Shown in pieces: positions 19,945 through 29,701 of a stretch of 64,000 nt of DNA; within the stretch, counting starts at the first letter, position 1; each line of letters starts with the position of its first letter. The position numbers and the translations under genes are program-made. Source of the DNA: an uncultured Gemmatimonadales bacterium (GTDB lineage Bacteria; Gemmatimonadota; Gemmatimonadetes; Gemmatimonadales; GWC2-71-9). The stretch spans positions 39,320-103,319 of the forward strand of contig CAWBMQ010000003.1 in assembly GCA_963789925.1 (NCBI GenBank), given 5' to 3'. The notes under the pieces were generated by a model, which was not told where the DNA came from, made no database searches, and was given only the letters and a program-made list of their open reading frames with translations.

Positions 19945-21090
19945 ATGACAACACCCGAAAGCCTCGGCGTCCTCGAACTCGACGGGCGCCAGGGTTCCCT
20001 GCGCCGGCAAAGCATGGCGTGGGACCCGCAGCGCGACGATGTGCGCGTGGACGAGCGCACCGTCCGTGAGTTCGGCCTGCGATCCGGCGACGAACTTTCG
20101 GGCGAGGTGCTGGCGGCCAGTCGCGGCAAGCCGCCCCTGCTCCGGAAGCTCACCGCGGTCAACGGGCGTGCCCCCGAGGAGGCCCGGCGCCGACCCGACT
20201 TCAACCGGCTCCCCGCGGTGCATCCGAGCCGGGTGCTCAAGCTCGAAGGCGCCGAGGCACCGGGTCGCAAGGGCGACATGACAGGTCGCCTGATCGACCT
20301 CATCGCACCGCTGGGCTTCGGCCAGCGCGCGCTGGTCGTCGCCCCCGCCAAGGCCGGCAAGACCACCGTGCTGCAGACCATTGCCGCCGGTATCGCGCAC
20401 AACCACCCGGACGCCCAGCTCTTCATCCTGCTGGTGGACGAACGGCCCGAGGAAGTGAGCGAGATGGAGATGGCGGGGGTGGGCGAGGTCATCTCCTCCA
20501 GCTTCGACCATCCCGCCGAGCGCCATGTGGCCCTCGCGGAGCTCACGGTGGAGCGCGCACGCCGCCGGGTCGAGGAGGGTCGCGATGCGGTCATCATCCT
20601 CGATTCCATCACCCGGCTGGCCCGGGCCTTCAACACCACCGAGCGCGGCACAGGACGCACTCTGTCCGGCGGACTCGACGCGCAGTCGCTCGAGACACCG
20701 AAGCGCCTTCTGGGCAGCGCGCGCCAGGTCGACCCGCGGGGTGGCTCCGGCTCGCTCACGATCATCGCCACGGCGCTGATCGACACCGGAAGCAAAATGG
20801 ACCAGGTGATCTTCGAGGAGTTCAAGGGTACCGGCAACAGCGAACTGGTGCTGAGCCGCGAGATGGCCGAGCGGCGCATCTATCCCGCCATCGACCTCAG
20901 GGCGAGCGGCACCCGGCGCGAGGAGCTGCTCATGTCGCCCGATCTCCTGGAAGCAGTGCGGCAGGTACGAGCGGGCTTTGCCGCGCTCGCACCTGCCGAT
21001 GTCATGCAGCGCCTCGTCAACGAGCTGAAGCGCTACCCCACCAACGCCGAGTTCGTCGCGTCGTTTGCGAAGGCTGGAGCGCGGGCCTAG
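19945..21090 (+). CDS. rho: Transcription termination factor Rho, short form (381 aa)
   Basis: Walker A VVAPAKAGKTTVLQ, LLVDERPEEV, DSITRLARAFN, and TIIATALIDTGSKMDQVIFEEFKGTGNSELVLSREMAERRIYPAIDL. An in-frame TGA at 19930-19932 blocks any N-terminal extension. Confidence 0.9.
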   Translation: MTTPESLGVLELDGRQGSLRRQSMAWDPQRDDVRVDERTVREFGLRSGDELSGEVLAASRGKPPLLRKLTAVNGRAPEEARRRPDFNRLPAVHPSRVLKLEGAEAPGRKGDMTGRLIDLIAPLGFGQRALVVAPAKAGKTTVLQTIAAGIAHNHPDAQLFILLVDERPEEVSEMEMAGVGEVISSSFDHPAERHVALAELTVERARRRVEEGRDAVIILDSITRLARAFNTTERGTGRTLSGGLDAQSLETPKRLLGSARQVDPRGGSGSLTIIATALIDTGSKMDQVIFEEFKGTGNSELVLSREMAERRIYPAIDLRASGTRREELLMSPDLLEAVRQVRAGFAALAPADVMQRLVNELKRYPTNAEFVASFAKAGARA

Positions 21091-21105
21091 GCCCTCCGAT
21101 CCTTC

Positions 21106-22167
21106 GTGAGGACCCTGGTGTTCTTCGTATCGCTGGCGGCCACGACGCTCCTGTGTCGCCCGCTGGCCGGCCAACAGCTGGTCGTGCGGGTGGTAGGCGA
21201 GGATGGCGCCCCCATCGCGAGTTCGGTCGTCGAGCTCTGGGCCCGCACCAAGCGGGTGGTCACCCTCAGCACGGGGGAGAACGGCCTCGCGAGCGTCCAG
21301 CGCCGGAAGCTCCCGTCACTCACGTCGGTTTCCGCGCGGGCAATCGGCTATCAGGCTTCCTCGGTCCCGCTGGGCCGGACGGACGCGCTCGAGATACGGC
21401 TCACGCGAGTCGTCCCCCGGATTCCGGACCTCGTCGTCGAGGCTCTGCCCCGGTACGAATGTCGGGAGGACGATCCTGTTGCGCGCGGCGTCTGGCAGGC
21501 TGCGACCACGCACTACAACCTCCTTCCGACTGAGCGCCGCTACTGGGCCGTCGGGCGCGGTATGGAGGAGACGGCGATCCTCTCGAAAGTCTCGTCACCC
21601 GACAGTTGGGGCACGACGCGCTGGGGAGTGAGCGGCCAGGCGCGGGCGCAAACCTCCCAATTCATCCGCGACTCGGGCTACGCCGTCCGCAAGAGGCCGG
21701 GACAATCGGTCGGCCTCATCGCCTCGACCGGCGGCGGCCCCTGGTGGTACCCGAAGCTCCACACCTGGAACGCCGATCACTTCGCCCGGCCCGAGTTCGG
21801 CCAGCTCAATGTGCTGTACATCGTGTCGTCGGGCCCGACCGGATGGACCATCGGGTTCTGCACGAAGGGCCCCAAGACACGCCCGGGCATTGCGGGCAGG
21901 CTGCGCATCGACAGCACCTATGCCTTCGCGCGGGCGGAATGGCAGTTCCTGACGCCCAAGCCGAAGGAGGATGCGGGAGGGGAGATCGTCTTCCTGACGG
22001 GGACTACGTCGGCACTGCTGCCATTGGTGAGCTACTTCTGGAAGCTGGCGGGTGGGTCGGAGGGCGATGATCCGCTCTATTACCGCGAATCGTTCCTGGC
22101 AGACGAGTGGACCATCAACCTCGACGATCCCGAGCGCGCCAGTTCCCCAGCGGAACCGGCGCGCTGA
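21106..22167 (+). CDS. Secreted hypothetical protein with a carboxypeptidase-regulatory-like N-terminal domain
   Basis: GTG start. Signal peptide MRTLVFFVSLAATTLLCRPLAGQ. Then QLVVRVVGEDGAPIASSVVELW....TGENGLASV. Confidence 0.6.
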   Translation: MRTLVFFVSLAATTLLCRPLAGQQLVVRVVGEDGAPIASSVVELWARTKRVVTLSTGENGLASVQRRKLPSLTSVSARAIGYQASSVPLGRTDALEIRLTRVVPRIPDLVVEALPRYECREDDPVARGVWQAATTHYNLLPTERRYWAVGRGMEETAILSKVSSPDSWGTTRWGVSGQARAQTSQFIRDSGYAVRKRPGQSVGLIASTGGGPWWYPKLHTWNADHFARPEFGQLNVLYIVSSGPTGWTIGFCTKGPKTRPGIAGRLRIDSTYAFARAEWQFLTPKPKEDAGGEIVFLTGTTSALLPLVSYFWKLAGGSEGDDPLYYRESFLADEWTINLDDPERASSPAEPAR

Positions 22168-22180
22168 CGACGACGCCAGC

Positions 22181-23276
22181 TCAGCCGTTGGCGCGCTCGA
22201 ATTTCTTCATGAACTCGACCAGCGCCTTCACCGCCGCCGCCGGCATCGCATTGTAGATGCTGGCGCGAATGCCGCCGGCCGACGCGATGGCCCTTGAGTC
22301 CCTCGAAGCCCGCCTTGGTCGCCTCAGTCACGAACTTGCTCTCCAGCTCATCGCTCGCGGTGCAGAAGCACACGTTCATCAGGGACCGGCTGCCCGGCAT
22401 GCGCCCGCGCCTTGAACATCCGCTCTGGTCGAGGTAGTCGTAGAGCAGCTTGGCCTTCGCCTCGTTGTGCTCCGCCATCGCCTTGAGCCCGCCCTCGGCC
22501 TTGATCCACTTGAACACCTCGCCCATCACGTAGATGCCGAACGTGTTGGGGGTGTTGTACATCGAGTTCTCCTTGGCATGACGTGCGGTATTGCAGCATC
22601 GTCGGCAGGTCCTTGCTGCCCAGTTCCACCAGGTCGTTCCGGATGATCACCAGCACCACGCCCGACGGCCCGAGATTCTTCTGGGCGCCGGCGTAGATCA
22701 GTCCGTACTTCCGAACGTCGAGCGGGCGGCTGAACATGTCGCTCGAGGTGTCGGCGATGAGCGGCACGCCCGCCGGCACCGGCGGCTCGCGTCATCCACT
22801 GGGTGCCGTAGATCGTGTTGTTCGTCGTGAGGTGCACGTACGCCGGATTGGCCGAATACTGTGATATCCGCGACCGGCGGGATGCGGTCGAACTTGGTGG
22901 CTCGCGGCACTCACAGCTTCATGCACGCTCCCTACCCGCTTGGCCTCCTTGACCGCCTTCTGCGACCAGACTCCCGTGACCAGGTAGTCGGCGGTACGGC
23001 CGGCCGGAAGGAGGTTCATCGGCACCATGGAGAACTGCAGCGACGCGCCGCCCTGGAGGAAGAGCACCGCGGTAACTGTCGTCGATTCCCGCCAGGTCGC
23101 GGCACGCCTGTCTCCGCTTCCTTGATGATCTTGTCGAACACCTTGCCGCGATGACTGTGCTCGCCGATACCGAGCCCGCTGCCGGCCACGTTCCAGATGT
23201 CCTGCTGCGCCTTCTTGAGCACGGGCTCGGGAAGGACCGCGGGGCCGGCGCCGAAGTTCCAGATGCGGTCGGTCAC
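22181..23276 (-). pseudogene. serC: Phosphoserine aminotransferase SerC, broken by about 9 frame changes
   Basis: Readable only by hopping across ORFs 23016-23393, 22792-23067, 22698-22910, 22526-22837, 22348-22779 and 22080-22562. The pieces read [17 protein letters not shown] / [13 protein letters not shown] / [20 protein letters not shown] / [11 protein letters not shown] / [15 protein letters not shown] / [34 protein letters not shown] / [12 protein letters not shown] / SRSLMNVCF / (S)VGGIRASIYNAMP..FMKKFERANG*. The GTG start at 23276 overlaps the serA TGA. Confidence 0.85.
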
Positions 23277-24490
23277 TTTTCGATCTCCGTCAGGTCGAGC
23301 GAGATGATGTGCGGATTGCCGCTGCGGATCGCCTGGAGCTGCTCCGGTGCCGGGCGTCCGTCGAGATGGATCCGCGCCAGTGTGGCCTGGCACCGTGGTA
23401 GATGATGTTCTCTACTTCCTCGACGTTGATGGCGCCGTCGGACAGGACCTCGAACACGTGCGCCAGCACGCCGGGACGATTGTGGTGCCGGACCGAGAGC
23501 ACGTGCGTCGCCGAGCTTCGCGCCAGGCGGTTGACGCAGTTGGGCACCATCCCCGCATCGCAGGAACTGCTGCACGATATGGATGGTCTCGTGCGCGATC
23601 GCCACCTGCGCCTGGTCGGTGGAGGCGCCGACGTGGTGGGTGCCGTAGACGCCCGGCAGCTTGACCACCTCGGGCGCAAATGTCCGCCGTGGCACCGCGC
23701 CGGCTCGCCCTCGTACACGTCGAGTCCTGCCCGGAGTCCGCTGCGTCTCGCACCGCCTCGGCCAGCGCCGCCTCGTCCACCACCGACCCGCGCGAAGTGT
23801 TGATGAGGTAGGCGCCCGGCCTCATGGCGCGCCAGGAATTCGGCGTTGACCAGGTGCTTGGTCTCGCCGTTGGCCGCGACGTTGATGGTCACCGCATCGG
23901 CGCGGCGCGCCACCTCGATCGGGGTCTCGGCGTAGGCGATCGCCCAGCCGGTTTGCCTCCTCATGCGTCAGGTTCCGCGACCAGGCGACGACTCGCATCC
24001 CGAACGCCTGCGCCCGCGCCGCGATCTCGCGCCCGATCTGGCCCAGTCCGACGATGCCGAGCGTGCGGCCATGGAGGCCGCGCGCCTTGGAGTACTCGCC
24101 CTTGTTCCACGGCCCCGCCCGGAGCTCGGCGGCCTGGTCCGGGATCCGCCGGTCGCAGGCGAGCAGCAGGCCCATGACCAGTTCCGCCACCGCGATGGAG
24201 TTCTTGCCCGGACAGTTGGCGACGAAGATGCCGAGGCTCGAGGCTGCCGGCACATCGATGGTATCGATCCCGGCACCGGCCCGGATCACCAGGCTCAGAC
24301 TCGCTCCCGCCTTGAGCGCCGCGGCGGTAACCGCTTGCCGCGGACGATGAGGATTTGGGGATCGACCGCGCTCCAGCGCCCCGGGCAGCGTGTCCGCGCC
24401 AAGGTCCGGCTGTGACTCGACCTCGCAGCCCAGCTCCTTGAGGCCGTCGATGCCGACCTTCTCGAATTTGTCAGCGATGAGGACGCTGCA
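23273..24490 (-). pseudogene. serA: D-3-phosphoglycerate dehydrogenase SerA (with C-terminal ACT domain), broken by about 9 frame changes
   Basis: Fragments across three frames read VLIADKFEKVGIDGLKELG / VDPQILIVRGKR / VTAAALKAGASLSLVIRAGAGIDTIDV...GRTLGIVGLGQIGREIA / GWAIAYAETPIEVARRADAVTINVA..ETKHLVNAEFLA / MRPGAYLINTSRGSVVDEAALAEAV / GLRAGLDVYEGEPA / FAPEVVKLPGVYGTHHVGAST / ACT-like THVLSVRHHNRPGVLAHVFEVL / [15 protein letters not shown]. The ATG at 24490 is itself out of frame with VLIADKF. Confidence 0.85.
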
Positions 24491-24504
24491 TGACGATTCC
24501 AGTC

Positions 24505-25740
24505 TTCAGCTCAGTTCGTGAACAAACAATCCGCTCCGCAGCTTGGGCTCGAACCAGGTGCTCTTGGGCGGCATGATCTCCCCCGCGTCCGACACCGCCA
24601 TGCAGCTGGTCCAGCGTCGTCGGGATACAGGGAGATGCCGAGCGCCATCTCGCCGCGCGTCACCCGGCGCTCGAGCTCCGCGGTGCCGCGGATCCCGCCC
24701 ACGAAATCGATCCGCTTGTCGGTGCGCGGGTCGCCGATGCCGAGGATCGGCCCCAGCACCCGGTCCTGCAGCAGGGACACGTCCAGCGAGCCGATCGGAT
24801 CGCCCCGGTCGATGCGTCGCCTGGTCCAGCTCCAGGCGCTACCACGCCGCCCTCGAGGAAGAACGCGAACGACCCGGGCCGCGCGGGGCGTGGGTCCTCG
24901 ACCCGCTCGAGGCGCCCCAGCGCCGCCAGTCTCGCGCGGAATTCCTCGGGCGTGAGTCCGTCCAGGTCTCGCACGACCCGGTTGTACGGAAGGATCGCCA
25001 GCTGCGTCCGACGGGAACAGCACCGCCAGGAACCAGTTGTACTCCTCGTCGCCGGTGTGGCGGCGGGTTCGCCGCGCGCCGCTCCTGGCCCGCCCGCCAG
25101 GCGCTCGCCGAGCGATGGTGCCCGTCGGCCACGTAGGCCAGGGGCACCTCGGCGAAGTGGCGCAGCAGCGGAGCCGGATCGGTCACCCGCCAGACCATGT
25201 GCCGCACCCCGTCGGGCGCCAGGAAGTCGTACAGCGGCGCGGCGCCTTCACCGCCGCAGCCACGTCGGCATTGATGGCTGTGCTCGGCCGATATGCCAGG
25301 AACACCGGCTCCGCGTTCGCGTCGAGCGTCAGCACGTGCCGGGTCCGGTCGTCTTCCTTGTCCTTCCGGGTCTTCTCGTGCTTCCGGATGACGTTGTGTT
25401 CGTAGTCATCCACGTGCACCGACGCCACCACACCCGTCTGGCCCCGTCCATCCATTTCCTGCCGATAGAGGTACACCGTGCGGTCGGCATCACGCAGCAG
25501 CGTCCCGTCCCGCAGGAAGCCCTCGAGGGCCGCCCGTCCCTGGGCATACACGCGAGCATCATAGGGATCGGTGCCGGCAGGCAGGTCGATGTCGGGGCGG
25601 CCGACGTGCAGGAAGCTTCGGGGGTTTCCGGCAGCCAGCGACGCCGCCTCCTCGCGATTGACCACGTCATACGGCACGCACGCCACCTGGGCGGCGAATT
25701 GCGGTGGCGGACGCAGGGCGCGGAACGGGTTGAGTCGCAT
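24505..25740 (-). pseudogene. DUF1015-family protein, broken by at least 5 frame changes
   Basis: MRLNPFRALRPPPQFAAQVACVPYDVV...VIRKHEKTRKDKEDDRTRH (ORF 25183-25848), then APLYDFLAPDG-VRHMVWRV..AYVADGHHRSASA (ORF 24839-25207). Next come VRDLDGLTPEEF (24660-24974), DPIGSLDVSLLQDRVLGPILGI..RIDFVGG (24511-25023) and the tail EIMPPKSTWFEPKLRSGLFVHELS* in another frame. It ends 14 nt upstream of serA. Confidence 0.8.
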
Positions 25741-25801
25741 TGGCGGGGGGATGCTAGGGGTAAGAGGAGGGAGCGTCAAGCGGCTAGATTTCAGCCCTAC
25801 C

Positions 25802-26287
25802 ATGAGCCCGGAGGTCGCAGTGCGCAAGCTGTACGTCGGCGCCATCATGCTGGCCCTCGTCTCCTGCCGGAAGGGCGACTCTTCCGCCCAGGTCTCAGGG
25901 TCCCCGGAAACCCTTACCTACGCGAAGGAGCTGGACGTGCACCTCGACCACATGACGAAAAAGCCCAGCGGCCTCTACGTCCTCGACGTGAAGGAGGGCA
26001 GCGGACCAGCGGTGGGCGCCGGCCAGACGGCCCAGGTGCACTACACTGGCTGGCTCGTCAACGGGGAGCAATTCGATTCCAGCATTGGCGGGACGCCCCT
26101 CGAATTCCCCGTTGGCCAGGCCAAGGTCATTGAAGGATGGGATGAAGGCGTGGCAGGCATGAAGGTGGGTGGCAAGCGCCGCCTGGTCATCCCGCCCGAG
26201 CTCGGCTACGGCGCCGCGGGTGCGGCCCCCGTCATTCCTCCGGGAGCCACGCTCGTCTTCGACGTGGAACTGGTGGGCATCCGATAG
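25802..26287 (+). CDS. FKBP-type peptidyl-prolyl cis-trans isomerase, lipoprotein
   Basis: Lipobox IMLALVSC. FKBP text V.YTGWL.NGE.FDSS......EFPVGQAKVIEGWDEGVAGMKVGGKRRLVIPPELGYG. The ORF opens earlier (25571) but overlaps the divergent DUF1015 gene there. Confidence 0.85.
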   Translation: MSPEVAVRKLYVGAIMLALVSCRKGDSSAQVSGSPETLTYAKELDVHLDHMTKKPSGLYVLDVKEGSGPAVGAGQTAQVHYTGWLVNGEQFDSSIGGTPLEFPVGQAKVIEGWDEGVAGMKVGGKRRLVIPPELGYGAAGAAPVIPPGATLVFDVELVGIR

Positions 26288-26376
26288 CGGCGCTACCGAA
26301 AGCGGCACGCGTTGTGGAGGGAACCTGATGGGCGTACATTGTCCTCCGTCACATCGTTCCAGTGAGGGGGAAGACG

Positions 26377-27807
26377 ATGCGTGCAGGTGAGTACGCCGGC
26401 CCCAGCTGGTGGCCAATCAAGTTGCTCCGCGAAACAAGTCATGCAGGTGTACGCCGCCTTGGGCTCGCCTGGCTCACGGTCAGCGCCGCTGCAATCGTAC
26501 TCGCGATTCTCGAGGCGCGCCTCAACTGGAGCGGTATCCCGATCCAGCTGGGTGAGGCAACCGTCGGCCTCACTGTCTACCCTCCGCTGTTCCTCGCCCT
26601 GCTGCTCGCGATCTGGTTCGGCCCGATGTGGGGCATTATTCCCGGGTACGCCGCCGGCCTCATCAGTGGGCTCATTGGCGGCCTCACGGTTCCGCAGTCG
26701 CTCATCTTCGCCTGTGCCACGCCGGTCGAGGTGCTCATCGTCTGGGGCACCATGGTGCTGCTCCAGATTCACCCCGACCTGCCGCGCAACCGCGATCTCG
26801 CCCTCTTTGCCGGGATCGGCTTCGTGGCCGCTGCCGCATCCTCGCTTGGAGGCCTGATCTGGATCGAGGTTCACCGGCTCGACGTGCTTTCGGGCGCGCG
26901 CATCTGGCAGGGCTGGCTGGTGGGCGACTTCCTGGAGATCGTGGTACTCGCTCCCATCGTGCTGCGGCTCTTCGGGCCGAGGGTGCGCAAGTGGGTGGAC
27001 GAGCAGGTGCCAGCGCCACCCCGCCTCACAGTGAGCTACACCCGGGCCACCGCGCTCGTCACCGGCATCATCGTGCTCCTCGCGATCATGGTGGCCCGCG
27101 GCGTCGCCCTCATGCTCCACAGCCTCACTGACAACGCGCTCTGGGCCTCCCCCGAGGCGCAGGCAATCATGTCGCGCCTGCGCGAGGGGCTCGTCTTCAT
27201 GGGGCTGCTGCTTCTCGTCGCCGTGGCGCTCGCCATGGCCTTCGCGATGGCGCTGGCCCGGCTCGGCGAGCGCGATCACTCCAGGGCGCAGCGCGATGCC
27301 CTCACCGGCTGCCTGAATCGACGCGCCTTCGGGGCGCTCTACCGCCGCGAAGGCGACCGCAGTCGCCGCCTCACCCGCCCCGTGTCACTCCTTTTCTTCG
27401 ACATTGACCGATTCAAGCAGCTGAACGACCGCTTCGGACACGAAGTGGGCGACGAAGCGCTGCACCTGCTGTGTCGGAGGGTGTCAGGAGCCCTGCGCGA
27501 GCACGATGTGCTCTTCCGCTGGGGTGGTGAGGAATTCGTGGTGCTGCTGCCGCACACCAGGGCACCCGAGGCCGCAGCCGCGGCCGAGCGCATTCGCCGC
27601 GCCGTCACGGACGAGCCACTGGGACAGGACCCGAACCGCGATCCGATCGAACTCACGGTGAGCATCGGCTGCGCCACCGCCGAGCCCGCACCCGAACTGC
27701 CGGACGACCTGCTGCACCGCGCCGATGCTGCCTGCTATCGCGCCAAGGCCCTCGGCCGTAACCGCGTCGAATCGGCCCGGGCCGACCTGATCGTCATCTC
27801 CGCCTAG
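26377..27807 (+). CDS. Membrane-anchored diguanylate cyclase (GGDEF domain, GGEEF active site, RxxD I-site)
   Basis: About 300 aa of polytopic membrane domain. Then RDALTGCLNRRAF, FFDIDRFKQLNDRFGHEVGDEAL, and REHDVLFRWGGEEFVVLL, with the RxxD five residues before GGEEF. GAGGGGGAAG precedes the ATG at 26377. Confidence 0.85.
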   Translation: MRAGEYAGPSWWPIKLLRETSHAGVRRLGLAWLTVSAAAIVLAILEARLNWSGIPIQLGEATVGLTVYPPLFLALLLAIWFGPMWGIIPGYAAGLISGLIGGLTVPQSLIFACATPVEVLIVWGTMVLLQIHPDLPRNRDLALFAGIGFVAAAASSLGGLIWIEVHRLDVLSGARIWQGWLVGDFLEIVVLAPIVLRLFGPRVRKWVDEQVPAPPRLTVSYTRATALVTGIIVLLAIMVARGVALMLHSLTDNALWASPEAQAIMSRLREGLVFMGLLLLVAVALAMAFAMALARLGERDHSRAQRDALTGCLNRRAFGALYRREGDRSRRLTRPVSLLFFDIDRFKQLNDRFGHEVGDEALHLLCRRVSGALREHDVLFRWGGEEFVVLLPHTRAPEAAAAAERIRRAVTDEPLGQDPNRDPIELTVSIGCATAEPAPELPDDLLHRADAACYRAKALGRNRVESARADLIVISA

Positions 27808-29651
27808 AGCGCGCCGGGCTTCACCACCACCTGCTCCGCCTCCGGCTCCGGCGTGAAATCCTCGCCCGGATTGATGAACCGGTCCGTCTCAAGTCCATAC
27901 TGCTTGTCGTAGAGTTGCCGGTACCGCCCGCCCAGCGCGAGCAGTTCCGGCTGGGTGCCCCGCTCCACGATGCGCCCATGCTCCAGCACCAGGATCTGGT
28001 CCGCGCTCGCGATGGTCGAGAGCCGGTGCGCGATCACGAAGGTCGTGCGCCCCGTGCGAAGGCGCCGCAGGCCGTCGCGAATGAGCTCCTCGCTCTCGCT
28101 GTCGAGGCTCGATGTCGCCTCGTCCAGGATGAGGATCCGCGGATTGGCCAGGATGGCCCGTGCAATCGCCACCCGTTGCCGCTGCCCGCCGGAGAGCTTC
28201 ACGCCCCGCTCGCCCACCACCGTGTCGTACCCCTCGGTGAAGCGCTCCACGAACTCGTCGCAGTGCGCCAGGCCCGCCGCCGACAGGATCTCGGTGCGCG
28301 TCGCGCCCGGCTTGGAGAAGGCGATGTTCTCCGCGATCGTGCCGTCGAACAGGAAGTTGTCCTGCAGTACCACGCCCAGCTGGCTCCGGTAGTCGCGCAG
28401 GCGGAGCGTGGTGAGGTCCATGCCGTCCACCAGCACGCGTCCAAGGTCGGGGCGGTTGAACGCGAGGATGAGGCTCAGCATCGTGCTCTTTCCGGACCCG
28501 CTCGACCCCACCAGTGCCGTCGTCGTTCCCGCCGGCGCATGGAAGCTGATCTCCTGCAGCACGGGCACCTCGGGCACGTAGCTGAAGCTCACGTCGTCGA
28601 ACAGCACATCGCCTTCGATCTCCGGCACTTCGCGCCGGCCCTCGTCGCCCGCATCCTCCGTTGCCAGGCCGCGCACTTCACGGATCCGGTCGAGCCCGGC
28701 GAACGCCTCGCTCACCTGGGTGCCGATCGACGCGATCTGCACCAGTGGCGCCGCCACCAGCCCGATGAAGAAGACGTACATGATGAAGTCGCCCAGCGTC
28801 ATCTGCCCGCTCAGGATCGCGCGCCCACCCATGGTGATGAGCAGCATGCCCACGATGCCGATGATGACGGTGGTCACCGCTGACACCCACGAGATCGCCG
28901 TGATCGTCGCCGCCACGTTGCGAAAGAGCTTGTGCACGCCCTTGCCGAACACCTGCCGCTCCCGCCGTTCCGCCGTGTACGTCTTCACGAGGCGAATGCC
29001 CCCCACCGTCTCCGCGAGTCGCCCGCTCACCTCGGCATTGATGGCACCCCGCTGCCGGAAAATCGGCCGGAGCCGGTTGAACGCCGCCGCCATGACCCCG
29101 CCGAACGCCAGCAGGACCACCAGCGTGATCGCCGTCATCCGCCAGTTGAGCCAGAACAGGACGCCGAGCGCGATCGTCGCGGTCATGAGGCCGCCCAGGA
29201 GCTGCACGATGCCGGTGCCGACCAGGTTCCGGATCCCTTCGGCATCGGTCATGACCCGTGAGATCAGGACGCCGGTCTTGGTTGAGTCGAAGTAGCTCAC
29301 GGGCAGTCGCAGGAGGTGCTCCTGGACCGCCTTCCGCAAGTCGGTGATGGCCCGCTGCGCCGCGATGCTCATCACCTGCGACAGCCCGAAGGAGGTCGCC
29401 GCCTGCACCAGCGTCGCGAGGCCCACGGCGAGCGCGAGCTCGCCCAGCAGGTCCACGCGGTGCTGAGGCAGGACGCGGTCGATGAGGAATTTCGAGCTGG
29501 TGGGAAGGACGAGGCCGGCCAGACGGTTGACCACCATCAGCAGCATGCCGACTACGAGCTTGCTGCGGTGCGCCCATACCAGTTCGCGGGCCTCCCGCCA
29601 GACCACCTCGGTCGAGACCCGCTTCTTCTTGTCCTTGTCGGGTGATGCCAC
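27804..29651 (-). CDS. ABC exporter, fused permease and ATPase (MsbA/multidrug type)
   Basis: Six-TM ABC_membrane domain. Walker A GSSGSGKST, signature LSGGQRQR, Walker B ILILDEATSSLD. Confidence 0.9.
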   Translation of the reverse strand: MASPDKDKKKRVSTEVVWREARELVWAHRSKLVVGMLLMVVNRLAGLVLPTSSKFLIDRVLPQHRVDLLGELALAVGLATLVQAATSFGLSQVMSIAAQRAITDLRKAVQEHLLRLPVSYFDSTKTGVLISRVMTDAEGIRNLVGTGIVQLLGGLMTATIALGVLFWLNWRMTAITLVVLLAFGGVMAAAFNRLRPIFRQRGAINAEVSGRLAETVGGIRLVKTYTAERRERQVFGKGVHKLFRNVAATITAISWVSAVTTVIIGIVGMLLITMGGRAILSGQMTLGDFIMYVFFIGLVAAPLVQIASIGTQVSEAFAGLDRIREVRGLATEDAGDEGRREVPEIEGDVLFDDVSFSYVPEVPVLQEISFHAPAGTTTALVGSSGSGKSTMLSLILAFNRPDLGRVLVDGMDLTTLRLRDYRSQLGVVLQDNFLFDGTIAENIAFSKPGATRTEILSAAGLAHCDEFVERFTEGYDTVVGERGVKLSGGQRQRVAIARAILANPRILILDEATSSLDSESEELIRDGLRRLRTGRTTFVIAHRLSTIASADQILVLEHGRIVERGTQPELLALGGRYRQLYDKQYGLETDRFINPGEDFTPEPEAEQVVVKPGAL

Positions 29652-29701
29652 GGAGTACCTTTGTACCTTTCGGCCAACGAAAACCTGAGACCAGACTGGA
29701 C

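Noticed and set aside
22181-25740. Programmed ribosomal frameshifting or transcriptional slippage as the explanation for the broken serC, serA and DUF1015 genes.
   Set aside because: There are more than 20 shifts in both directions with no common slippery heptamer or stimulatory structure. No biological recoding system works that way. Sequence error or decay is far more likely.
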